Of a DNA stretch of 64,000 bases, positions 39,183 through 47,756 are shown one piece after another. Each line of letters opens with the position of its first letter. Position 1 is the first letter of the stretch. Source of the DNA: a virus; the IMG/VR virus record IMGVR_UViG_3300045988_137393; one strand, given 5' to 3'. The notes under the pieces are model-generated. The model was not told the origin of the DNA. It made no database searches and was given only the letters and a program-made list of their open reading frames with translations. The position numbers were made by a program, and so were the translations under genes.

Positions 39183-39216
39183 ATATTTAGGGTGGAAAAG
39201 TACCACCCATTATTTT

Positions 39217-39690
39217 TTACAGAGTATATTCTGTAGTTCCTTCAAAAGTATTATTCAATGCACGAATTTCAGCCAATTTCTCAGTAACAGCTTCCTTAAC
39301 TTTTGTAGCAAATAATACACACTGAGCCTGTGCATACAGTTCCTTCTTATCAAGAACAGTATTTAATACTGTATCAGGGTATTTTGTTACATCTCTTTCA
39401 AAATGAAATGCTAAATCTTCATTGATAAGTTTTCTCTCATTTGTTACATCCGTAATCTCCAATTCAACAATAGTAGAATCGTCTTTTGGATCTGTTGTTA
39501 CTTCTGGAACGCCATTATTAAGCTTGATGTTTCCCTTGAACTGAATTTTGCTATACTCGATATACTTATTGTAATTTGCAAGTAATTCTTTTTCCTGCTC
39601 ACTTGTCAAATCAGCAGTGCCAAGACTTGTAACCGTAATGTCTACACTTGCAATATCATTTTCTACATTAAATTTCTGATCTAATTTCAT
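39217..39690 (-). CDS. Hypothetical protein
   Basis: 157-aa ORF between tRNA genes. Confidence 0.65.
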   Translation of the reverse strand: MKLDQKFNVENDIASVDITVTSLGTADLTSEQEKELLANYNKYIEYSKIQFKGNIKLNNGVPEVTTDPKDDSTIVELEITDVTNERKLINEDLAFHFERDVTKYPDTVLNTVLDKKELYAQAQCVLFATKVKEAVTEKLAEIRALNNTFEGTTEYTL

Positions 39691-39980
39691 GAATTTGTCC
39701 CCTCGCTTTCGTTTGCAATTATTTGGTTATATGCGTCTTTGAAACTGATTACTAAATCCCTTAAAGTCTCTTTATCAATAGTACAGTCCAAATTGCTCAT
39801 ATCAATATTTGGATTTGATACCGTAAACTCCAATGTATTTCCATTTGGCGCAAATAAAACTTCCACAGATTCATTAAGCAGAAGAGTAATAGAATCAATT
39901 TTATTTCCATTATTCGATGTTACTCGTTTTACTTGCCCAACTTTTAATCTATCATTTTCAATAGATAATCTACTTGCCAT
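39687..39980 (-). CDS. Hypothetical protein
   Basis: The start is moved to MASRLSIEND, with RBS AAAGGAG 9 nt upstream. The longer track ORF runs through the tRNA gene. Confidence 0.6.
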   Translation of the reverse strand: MASRLSIENDRLKVGQVKRVTSNNGNKIDSITLLLNESVEVLFAPNGNTLEFTVSNPNIDMSNLDCTIDKETLRDLVISFKDAYNQIIANESEGTNS

Positions 39981-40031
39981 TATATATACACTCCTTTCTT
40001 TTATTTTTAGTTTTCCTTTTAATCGTTGAGT

Positions 40032-40103
40032 TGCGGAAACAGGACTCGAACCTGCATTCTCTTGGTTATGAGCCAAGTGAGCTTCCATTGCTCGTCATTC
40101 CGC
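40032..40103 (-). tRNA. tRNA with CAU anticodon (Met or Ile2), slightly irregular
   Basis: Anticodon arm CTTGG-CTCATAA-CCAAG, T arm GCAGG-TTCGAGT-CCTGT and D arm GAGC-AATGGAA-GCTC. The acceptor pairs only 6 bp cleanly, with an extra nt before the D stem. Confidence 0.6.
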
Positions 40104-41026
40104 TATGATAATAGGAGAGGAGCGACCTCCCCATATTATATGTAGATTGGTAAGATCTACTGCCGATTGATTACCAGTCAACCGACAAAGAGAATATTGA
40201 AAATTCTCTGACATGTAATATTATCCAGTTGCAACGCCACATCGGAATTAAACCGAAATCTTCTCTGATATGAGACGCATGTTCAATCATGCTGATGACC
40301 TGGATAATATATTATTCTCCACATATTTTCAGTCTTCGGAGCAAAGACCTCTTGATAAGGTTTAATGACTCTTATCCGTCAATTAAGATTCTCATTAACG
40401 TAGAGAGGCACGAACATCTTCTCATTTCTGAAGGCTGAGATAAACCGATGATCCTAGATGTCGGTAGGAAAGAAATAGGACTTACAATACTACATGAATA
40501 ACAAATGCCAAGTTGATTTTTTCATATTTCAAATGAAACCGTGATGCTGTATCAACCCAATAACGGTTCACTATTTTGTGATTCTTATTGACTAACAGAA
40601 TCACTTTACCTACAACGATTAGAGGTGTTCCACACTTAACGGTGGTGGATTACCATATTTTTTAGTTGTCTACTAAGGCAAGATCTCTCCATAACACCGC
40701 CAATGAGCAGTAAGCAGTGGGAAGTTTTAGACCGTTCCAAAGTCAATAATTTCGCAAACCGACCTTTATATTTATGTCGCATATCGGTCAGCGACAGCTC
40801 ATTTGTAAAAGTCCGTCAACGGATTAACAGACCGCCCTCACTTCTTATGGATGTGAGCAGCTTTGTTATATTTTATTATTCTCTACATTGTCGTCACCTC
40901 TCGGCTCAAATATCACGTTGCTATGCTTTCTTGTTTAAATTAAATTGTTGATGTTGGACGAAAGCTTCATCGGTATCCTCAGTTTCTTCACGAATTATAT
41001 ACATCTGAATGGTTTCGGAAGGATTA
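40104..41026 (-). ncRNA. Large (~0.9 kb) ORF-free structured region, candidate giant ncRNA (N1)
   Basis: No credible ORF on either strand. The region looks richer in G+C than its flanks. It holds many stable hairpins and a possible pseudoknot at 40757-40796. It ends in the hairpin GGGGAGG-UCGCU-CCUCUCC (40114-40132), which pairs better on the minus strand (G-U versus A-C). Confidence 0.5.
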
Positions 41027-41980
41027 TTAAATTTCAACACTATCTTTTAACTTTCTTACCTTAGAAGTGTCTATTTTAATGTAATATTTTTTTGTGACAT
41101 CCGTTCCAGAATGATTTAACATTGTAGACACATCTTCCAAGCTAACACCTTCATTTTTAAGCAAAGTGGCATAACTATGACGAAAATCATGAGGATGTAA
41201 TGTTGGAACGCCAATCATATTTCCGATCTTTTTACACCAGTCATTTAATGTACCACTTTGAATCGGCTTATTTTCATTGGTGTATGGAGTAATAAATATT
41301 CTTCCGTGGTCATCAATGTTATTATCTTTTCTGTATTGAATTAGTTTCTCAAGATACCCCTTAGTTTCTCTACTAAAACTTAACTCAACAATTTTCCCCT
41401 CTTTTTCAAGCACATTACTACAAATTCTTTCATCAAAATCTACTTGTTCCCATTTTAAACTGCCAATAGCAGTAACTCTTGCCATAGTAGTTAAAGAAAG
41501 AAAAGCATATGCCTGTAACTGAATATCTCCATATTCTTCAAGTTTTTCACGCATTAACTGCACTTGATCTTTTGTAAGATATGTTTGCACAGCGATAGGT
41601 TGACCATTTTTAGGTCTATCAATAAATTCAGTAGGAGATTCTACAATCAATTTTTTCTTACGAAGGAATTTGTAAAATGCAGAAACAGAAGACATAACTC
41701 TTTTTTGTCTTGCAACATTATTCCCTTGTTGTTTCCTCCAATAATAGTATTCTGTGATATCATCCTCTGTTGCTTCCAATACAGATAAATTAAACTGATT
41801 ATCATACATATAAATAAACCATTGTCTTAAATCTATATTGTACGCATTAATAGTATTAACTGATAAATCACGAATAGACATATCTACTTGATACTTTTGA
41901 AACAGTTTTAATGTTTCAGGATTTATATGTTCAAGTTTATCTTCATCATACATTACAATTCTTTTGCTTCGTTCTGCCAT
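41027..41980 (-). CDS. int: Tyrosine integrase/recombinase
   Basis: HPHDFRHSYATLL...LNHSGTDVTKKYY provides the HxxR...Y catalytic signature. RBS GGAAGTGAG lies before MAERSK. Confidence 0.85.
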   Translation of the reverse strand: MAERSKRIVMYDEDKLEHINPETLKLFQKYQVDMSIRDLSVNTINAYNIDLRQWFIYMYDNQFNLSVLEATEDDITEYYYWRKQQGNNVARQKRVMSSVSAFYKFLRKKKLIVESPTEFIDRPKNGQPIAVQTYLTKDQVQLMREKLEEYGDIQLQAYAFLSLTTMARVTAIGSLKWEQVDFDERICSNVLEKEGKIVELSFSRETKGYLEKLIQYRKDNNIDDHGRIFITPYTNENKPIQSGTLNDWCKKIGNMIGVPTLHPHDFRHSYATLLKNEGVSLEDVSTMLNHSGTDVTKKYYIKIDTSKVRKLKDSVEI

Positions 41981-42043
41981 TTTCTCACTTCCTTTCATAA
42001 CAAAAAGAAGCAGTAGTAGTAATAACTAAACTGCTTCATCAAA

Positions 42044-42922
42044 CTATTTTCCATTCTTCATCTGTATATTTTGTATATCTGATACTTTTCTTGGTAATTT
42101 ATATTTATCACACCATTTTCGTATTGTATTGTCTGTAACTTTATACATATCAGCAATATGAGTAAATGGTGTAGATCTTATTAATTTCTTTAAATTATCT
42201 CTTGAAATAATATTATACAATTTTTCTGTATTATATTTTTTGTAACAAATTTCACACATTGTTGATGTTGAATTCATTAAATTTGTTTTGCAATATGGAC
42301 AAAGAATTTTAATCGTTTTATTATTGCGTTTTGTTTTAGCATTCTCTCGTCTATACTTATGTAAGCAAGAAATACATAAGCCACTTTTATTATTTTTACT
42401 AATTTTTGTTCCACATTCTTTACATATCAATTTATTCTTTATTACTCTTTTATAGTTATATACACCAAAATTGTCCGTCATACTATGACAATTAGGACAT
42501 AATATTTGCAAATTTGATAATTCATTATTATCATGATCTCCGTCAATGTGGTGTAATTGCAGTTTAACAGGTTTTCCCATCCATTCAGATATATTACATA
42601 GTTCACATTTATTTTCTTTATATCCAAGTTCAATTAACTTATTTCTTAATTTATGACTTTGTACTTTAGTATTTCTATGTAATTTCGATTCAATATCATA
42701 TTCTGAACATAAAGATTTTTTCGCCATTTGTTGTTTATATACTTTTCTGTTTTCTTCAAATTTAGAAGTATTTAGTTTATATTCATTTATGATTCTTTTT
42801 AACGTATTTGTGCTACTTGATGAATTTATTCCTGCAGCTCTAAGAATTTCTGTGTATGTATTACTTGAATCGAGCAAGCTTTGTAATTGTTCAGGTGAAA
42901 AATTATATAATTTACTCGCCAT
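42044..42922 (-). CDS. HNH endonuclease with zinc-ribbon repeats
   Basis: LQLHHIDGDHDNNELSNLQILCPNCH is the HNH motif, and several CxxC pairs follow. The start is moved to MASKLYNF, after GGAGGAATATA. Confidence 0.8.
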   Translation of the reverse strand: MASKLYNFSPEQLQSLLDSSNTYTEILRAAGINSSSSTNTLKRIINEYKLNTSKFEENRKVYKQQMAKKSLCSEYDIESKLHRNTKVQSHKLRNKLIELGYKENKCELCNISEWMGKPVKLQLHHIDGDHDNNELSNLQILCPNCHSMTDNFGVYNYKRVIKNKLICKECGTKISKNNKSGLCISCLHKYRRENAKTKRNNKTIKILCPYCKTNLMNSTSTMCEICYKKYNTEKLYNIISRDNLKKLIRSTPFTHIADMYKVTDNTIRKWCDKYKLPRKVSDIQNIQMKNGK

Positions 42923-43008
42923 TATATTCCTCCAATCTATTAATTTATTGAAGGTAGAGATAAACTTTATGTTTATAATTCTCTTTATTAATCGAACAGA
43001 TTGACCTA

Positions 43009-43093
43009 GTCCTCCCACTTGGTAACGCTCCAAGCCGATCCGAAGACGACAGATTTACAGTCTGCCCCACATCTTTAGTGGTCTATGAGAGGA
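43009..43093 (-). ncRNA. tRNA-Tyr(GUA)-like 85-nt cloverleaf with non-canonical D and T loops
   Basis: Acceptor UCCUCUC/GGGAGGA. D arm CCAC-UAAAGAU-GUGG has no GG. Anticodon arm is GCAGA-CUGUAAA-UCUGU. The long variable arm has a UUCG loop. The T-like arm CUUGG-AGCGUUA-CCAAG has no UUC. Confidence 0.4.
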
Positions 43094-43128
43094 TACAAAA
43101 AGAGTGTGCAGCATACACCACACACTCT
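43094..43128 (-). terminator. Rho-independent terminator
   Basis: AGAGTGTG(43101-43108)/CACACTCT(43121-43128), with UUUUUG on the minus strand. Confidence 0.7.
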
Positions 43129-43134
43129 AAATAT

Positions 43135-43809
43135 TTAAAAAATAAAATCAAGCAAATCAAATAATCTTCCAACCGAATTATATTCGTCAAAATCACTTAA
43201 ATCAATCGGCTTACTAGAATAAAATTCACGCTTTTCATATCCATTAACATCACTTTTAACAGAAGTAAATCCGTGAATTTTTCCGTTTTCATCTTTATCA
43301 AATGTAATATTTTTATGAGAATTATCACTTACGTCACTGCAACTGCAATTCTTACAATTACCATCACAATCATCGTCTACATCTTCAGCATCCTCACCAA
43401 TGTTGAATTCATGAATAATGCATCCAGAATCTTTATTGTCCTTGACAAAAGCTGAACTTACATCTCCATGAATAAATACAATGTCTGTCTCATCCATATT
43501 GATATAAGTATCACTTCCCTCATACTTGGTAGCCCGAACACATACATTCATTTCAGAATCAATACTAAGAATAAATGCATCATCATAACCGTCCAAATAA
43601 GGATCATTCAAATCGTTACAAGAAGCAAGTTTAAAATTCGTATTTTTAATAACAGAATTAAGAACATCTTTCATCACATCATACTTAGCCACAACTACAA
43701 TTTCTGAACAATCATCGTCATAATCTCTTGTACAAACATCCAGCTTGTCAAAAGTATCTGCTAAAAATTCAGCAAAATCATTTGTATCTGTAAAACCAAA
43801 TGTTTTCAA
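43135..43809 (-). CDS. Acidic Asp/Cys-rich hypothetical protein
   Basis: 224-aa ORF containing DDDCDGNCKNCSCSD. Confidence 0.65.
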   Translation of the reverse strand: MKTFGFTDTNDFAEFLADTFDKLDVCTRDYDDDCSEIVVVAKYDVMKDVLNSVIKNTNFKLASCNDLNDPYLDGYDDAFILSIDSEMNVCVRATKYEGSDTYINMDETDIVFIHGDVSSAFVKDNKDSGCIIHEFNIGEDAEDVDDDCDGNCKNCSCSDVSDNSHKNITFDKDENGKIHGFTSVKSDVNGYEKREFYSSKPIDLSDFDEYNSVGRLFDLLDFIF

Positions 43810-43830
43810 TATATTTTCACCACCTTAGAA

Positions 43831-44115
43831 TTAGAGCTGTTTTGCAGACTTTGACATCTTAAAGCAAATCTCATCATGCTGTGGAGTTACATATTCCTCA
43901 CCCTTGCGATCACCCATCATAATTTTTCCTCTACGCTCTGGAACTGTCTTAACCTTAAACTTTCCAAGTTTTCCAACTGCAACTGATTCTGCGTGATTTG
44001 CTGTTAATGTCTCTGTGATTACATCAGCAAAAGCATCAAGAATAACTGCGATGTCCTTCTGTGAAGCTCCCTCAACTTTATTTACTACTGCCTTTAATAC
44101 CTCGTTCTTTGTCAT
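43831..44115 (-). CDS. HU/IHF-family DNA-binding protein
   Basis: MTKNEVLKAVVNKVEGASQKDIAVILDAFADVITETL...GKFKVKTVPERRG fits the HU fold pattern. RBS AAAAGGAG. Confidence 0.75.
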   Translation of the reverse strand: MTKNEVLKAVVNKVEGASQKDIAVILDAFADVITETLTANHAESVAVGKLGKFKVKTVPERRGKIMMGDRKGEEYVTPQHDEICFKMSKSAKQL

Positions 44116-44321
44116 TTTAATTTTCTCCTTTTTTCTCAATTATTTATTTTTTTAATACAAAAAGAGGGTAGTGTTTCATTTGAGTACACTCCCTCCGATA
44201 CATACAATTGTGACAGCAACATCACAATTTCTATACAATCGGACTAATTAAAAGTAGAAAATTAGCCCAATTTTCATAGTTACTTATGCATAATATAAAA
44301 ACCAAGTCACTCGTACTTGGT

Positions 44322-45317
44322 CTACTTTGTCATGAAATTAGTAATAATTCTTGTCTTGGAATCAATAATGTCACCATTTGAATCCAATGCAAGATACATA
44401 AACCCGTTCTGATTTGGAATTATAAGTTTACCGTTGTTATAATCCAACTTATCCAAATCACACAAACAACCTTGCTCATACATTTTTATTCCACCTTGAG
44501 TAAAACTTCCTACTTTATGGGTATGAGCCATTACGATTCCAGTAAATGTGCGATCTACACGCAAGAAATAATTGACTGCCTTTTCTGTTGTTTTTAACAT
44601 ACCAGATGAATAATTTAATGTGTGACAGAAAATTACATTACCCTCTTTTATCCACCATTTTTTATCATAAACGATTTCAATATTTGAATCTTCAAACACT
44701 TCACGAATAGAAGAGTATTGTGTCTGGGTTTTATTTCTTTCATCATTAACTTTGAATCCATCGTCTACAATCATTTCTAGCGGATCTGTTGGAATGATGC
44801 CAAGTAATTCATTTGATAATCTATCAGAACAGTATCTTTGCATACGGTATTCATGATTTCCCATCACAAACATTACCTTTTTAGGTGTAGTCAGATTGAT
44901 TAAATCAATAATATACTGTCTTCCTAAAACAAGTTCTTCATCAAGATTTATTTTGAATTTTTTAGGAAATGCAGAACATGAAAAACAATCCAATAAATCA
45001 CCATTGACTATTAAAGTGTCTACAATTCCCTTATAACCTGAAAAAATATCAATAGGTAAATTAAACGGAATATGAACATCTGACACACATAAAATTCTTT
45101 CAGATGCACCCTCACAGTTGTGAATATAATTATCATACTCTTCATATCCAACAGCCTGTTTTCTAAGCTGATCTGGTGTAATGTTCAATCCAAGCATATC
45201 TCGAATTTCAATCCAATCCATATCTGTTTCCTTGCGCTTTTTCGCAAGACAACATCTCAATTTCCATTCAAAATCTGTTTCATTTTCTAATCTATGTAAG
45301 TCGATTATAATGTCCAC
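44322..45317 (-). CDS. Calcineurin-like metallophosphoesterase
   Basis: Motifs CVSDVHIP, NGDLLD, MGNHEY and AHTH. Confidence 0.75.
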   Translation of the reverse strand: MDIIIDLHRLENETDFEWKLRCCLAKKRKETDMDWIEIRDMLGLNITPDQLRKQAVGYEEYDNYIHNCEGASERILCVSDVHIPFNLPIDIFSGYKGIVDTLIVNGDLLDCFSCSAFPKKFKINLDEELVLGRQYIIDLINLTTPKKVMFVMGNHEYRMQRYCSDRLSNELLGIIPTDPLEMIVDDGFKVNDERNKTQTQYSSIREVFEDSNIEIVYDKKWWIKEGNVIFCHTLNYSSGMLKTTEKAVNYFLRVDRTFTGIVMAHTHKVGSFTQGGIKMYEQGCLCDLDKLDYNNGKLIIPNQNGFMYLALDSNGDIIDSKTRIITNFMTK

Positions 45318-45327
45318 CTACTCTCTA

Positions 45328-45555
45328 TTACTCTTCATCAGACGGAACATCCAGCTCCTCATCTGTTTTTAATGCAACAGTAAAATCAATTACCTGATTC
45401 TTAAATGAAGTAAGCAGATCAGCTACCTTTACCTCCTGCTCCATATCATTCTCATCTGTGTATGTAATAGTAGTACAATCCTCTGAGAGTGTACCTGCCT
45501 TTACTGTTAATTTGTCTGTAGTTGTTCTTGTGAACTTTAATTTACTAGCTGCCAT
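45328..45555 (-). CDS. Small acidic hypothetical protein
   Basis: 75-aa ORF with RBS GGAGGAAAAGAAAA. Confidence 0.55.
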   Translation of the reverse strand: MAASKLKFTRTTTDKLTVKAGTLSEDCTTITYTDENDMEQEVKVADLLTSFKNQVIDFTVALKTDEELDVPSDEE

Positions 45556-45575
45556 TTTTCTTTTCCTCCATAAAA

Positions 45576-45887
45576 TTAAAAATTCCCACCAGAACGCTTT
45601 CTGCCAGGATTAAAATACATTTGTTTCGTTTTATTCTGTTTTACTTTGATATATTCACGAATATTTCTAATATAATTTTCATCATAACTCAAACGAATAT
45701 GTGATTCTAAATAATAACATCCACAACGAGTTGGAATTTTATTTGATAACACATTGTCTATAAGTCTATATGACGGATTAAGATTCGAGAGATGAGTATG
45801 CTTTTCTGTATCTTCTTGTCTACAGATACGATAGCCATTTTCAGTCTTGTCAATATAAAAACCTTTATATTCAATTCGATTTTTCAT
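45576..45887 (-). CDS. Hypothetical protein
   Basis: The ATG at 45885-45887 (MKNRIEYKGF) is preferred over the track TTG start. Confidence 0.55.
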   Translation of the reverse strand: MKNRIEYKGFYIDKTENGYRICRQEDTEKHTHLSNLNPSYRLIDNVLSNKIPTRCGCYYLESHIRLSYDENYIRNIREYIKVKQNKTKQMYFNPGRKRSGGNF

Positions 45888-45896
45888 AGGCAAAAC

Positions 45897-46061
45897 CTAC
45901 TTAACATACTTATCTTCGATGTAACGCTTTCCACCACAAGTCTTGTAATATCCAATATGTTCGCCTCTGCGATCTACATATCCTCGTCTTGTGTTTCTAA
46001 TTATACCTTCGAATAATAATTTTTCAATTTCATTTTTTGAAATGTACTTAATAATTTTCAC
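45897..46061 (-). CDS. Possible small ORF (54 aa, GTG start)
   Basis: VKIIKYISKNEIEKLLFEGIIRNTRRGYVDRRGEHIGYYKTCGGKRYIEDKYVK. The RBS is weak, and the ORF falls below the track cutoff. Confidence 0.3.
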   Translation of the reverse strand: MKIIKYISKNEIEKLLFEGIIRNTRRGYVDRRGEHIGYYKTCGGKRYIEDKYVK

Positions 46062-46099
46062 TTCTTTCTTGATTTATTTCCTACAAAGTAGGATAGTAG

Positions 46100-46174
46100 T
46101 TGGAAATGTAGGATTTGAACCCACGACCTCCTGAACCCAAATCAGGCGTTCTAACCAAACTGAACTAATTCCCA
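46100..46174 (-). tRNA. tRNA-Pro (anticodon UGG), copy 2 (different sequence from copy 1)
   Basis: 75-nt cloverleaf TGGGAAT-TA-GTTC..GAAC-G-CCTGA-TTTGGGT-TCAGG-AGGTC-GTGGG-TTCAAAT-CCTAC-ATTTCCA-A. Confidence 0.8.
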
Positions 46175-46204
46175 AAATAAAAAATCCCATACCGAAGTAT
46201 GAGA
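46175..46204 (-). terminator. UUCG-capped rho-independent terminator ending the N2 RNA
   Basis: On the minus strand, UCUCAUAC-UUCG-GUAUGGGA is followed by UUUUUUAUUU. Confidence 0.75.
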
Positions 46205-47008
46205 TCCTTACTTAATATGAGCTGAGATATTTGACTCAATACACTAACACTTACTGTGGTTGGACACAGTTTATCACACAAGCGATTAGCTTGTAGTTAG
46301 CAACAACACCGATTTTGACATAATCGGCAAACTCTTACCACAAAGTATTATAGATTTTCTTTCTGCACATTCTTCCTTGCGAGATTCATAGGTTGCAGCC
46401 TATTAGAGTTGCACGTACTTGTACTTTCTCATATAACACCTTGCGAGTGCTATATGTCACCATATTACAGGTGAATAAGTTGTTTTTCTCTTTGCGGTCG
46501 CACACACTTTTGCTGTTTTGTAATTTTCTTTTAAATATTATTTACCTAAAATAATTTGATTTCTTTCAAAAGTATGTACTTATTATGGACGATGAGGTGT
46601 ACATTTGATCATCCGTACCTTTTGAGTACAGCCCAATCATCACCATCCTGCTCGGATTGCGATCTCCTTACTTTTTGATTCCATCCCTGTTTTTCAACTT
46701 AAGAGATATTACCAAAATCCTACCAGCGGTTATACTTGCGGTATTCCCACCAATAGTACACAAATCATACCCACATTTCTGTGTTACTACAGTGCCTATT
46801 TCAAGACACCCACCAATCAACCATATTCGCCAACAGTTGTCCTTGAATAGAAGGTTGGGCGTAGATTTTATGTGTTTTCCGTTAAACTGTATTTCACAGT
46901 CGCAGCCTTATAATACGATAAGAACCACTTTATACATGTCGCCATGCTTATTTTTGAGATTTAACATCTCCTGATCCGAAACCAACCAGTCCTACAAAAG
47001 TAGAAAAG
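46205..47008 (-). ncRNA. Large (~0.8 kb) ORF-free structured region between tRNA-Asn and tRNA-Pro (N2)
   Basis: No credible ORF; the track ORF 46657-46974 lacks an RBS. It is bounded by tRNA-Asn at the 5' side and its own terminator at the 3' side. On the minus strand, two CUC-GCAA-GG GNRA hairpins lie at 46375-46383 and 46439-46447. Confidence 0.55.
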
Positions 47009-47081
47009 CTCTCCCAGTAAGACTCGAACTTACGACTTTCGCATTAACAGTGCGATGCTCTACCAGCTGAGCTATAAGAGA
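47009..47081 (-). tRNA. tRNA-Asn (anticodon GUU)
   Basis: 73-nt cloverleaf TCTCTTA-TA-GCTC-AGCTGGTA-GAGC-A-TCGCA-CTGTTAA-TGCGA-AAGTC-GTAAG-TTCGAGT-CTTAC-TGGGAGA-G. Confidence 0.85.
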
Positions 47082-47756
47082 TTAAGAATTGTCAGTGACC
47101 ATACCACAGGAACTGTAGCACAGCCACCGATCTATAAGAAGAGGAGTACAATATGAATATGTACCAATCTTAGAAATGAACTTTAGAATTGTTCAGAACC
47201 GCCAATGAATTAGTAGCGATGGAATCTCTTAGATTTTATCAGTTCCCCAAATAAGCTGATTATCCGTAGGTTTACCAACCTAACATTAAAATTAGCATTT
47301 ATGGCTGCTTGCACCACATACATTGTCTCTATGGACTTTATTGCCTCAGTATGATACGAGATCTAAATCACTGTTCTGAATTTAATTTGTGTTATATTGT
47401 GTCCGTATAGAACGTTGTTCTAATGTCTTTCGACAATTATATATTCTCTGTTTTATCAGCCAAGAAAAGCTGATTTCATTGTGTTAGCCTTTCGGCACAG
47501 CCCTCAATCAAGAGGGCTTTTATTTTGTAGTAAAACACGTGTTGCATACTTTTATTCCGCATTTGCATATAAGCGGAGAGGATAGTTATGTTGGTATTGT
47601 ACGAAGTACACGCAAATTTACACTGTTATACATTGATAAAGCTTCATTGCCCACTTTCTCCTCATAAGTTCACTTAACTACAATCGTTGAAACCGTTGAT
47701 TTTACTAGCTTTTAGCAACACTAAAGCAATTAAGTCTGTACAAAAACTGTGCATTT
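47082..47756. ncRNA. ORF-free ~0.67 kb region between the RNAP-like gene and tRNA-Asn (N3), strand unresolved
   Basis: Only mini-ORFs of 6-19 codons occur on either strand. There are multiple hairpins and an internal plus-strand terminator. Confidence 0.4.
47499..47527 (+). terminator. Rho-independent terminator (plus strand) inside N3
   Basis: AGCCCTC(47499-47505)/GAGGGCT(47512-47518) followed by TTTTATTTT. Confidence 0.7.

Noticed and set aside
38918-40951. Track ORFs 38918-39121, the N-terminal extension of 39687-40088, and 40703-40951
   Set aside because: They run through tRNA genes or through the structured non-coding blocks and lack an RBS. For 39687-40088 an internal start with a good RBS at 39980 explains the gene.
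42923-43134. Group I intron or homing context for the HNH endonuclease
   Set aside because: No split host gene flanks it, and I found no group-I core motifs. The interval is explained by a terminator plus the tRNA-Tyr-like element.
46657-46974. 105-aa plus-strand ORF inside the N2 block
   Set aside because: It has no RBS. Its orientation opposes the flanking tRNAs and the terminator, and its translation is Pro/Leu/Ile-rich and low quality.
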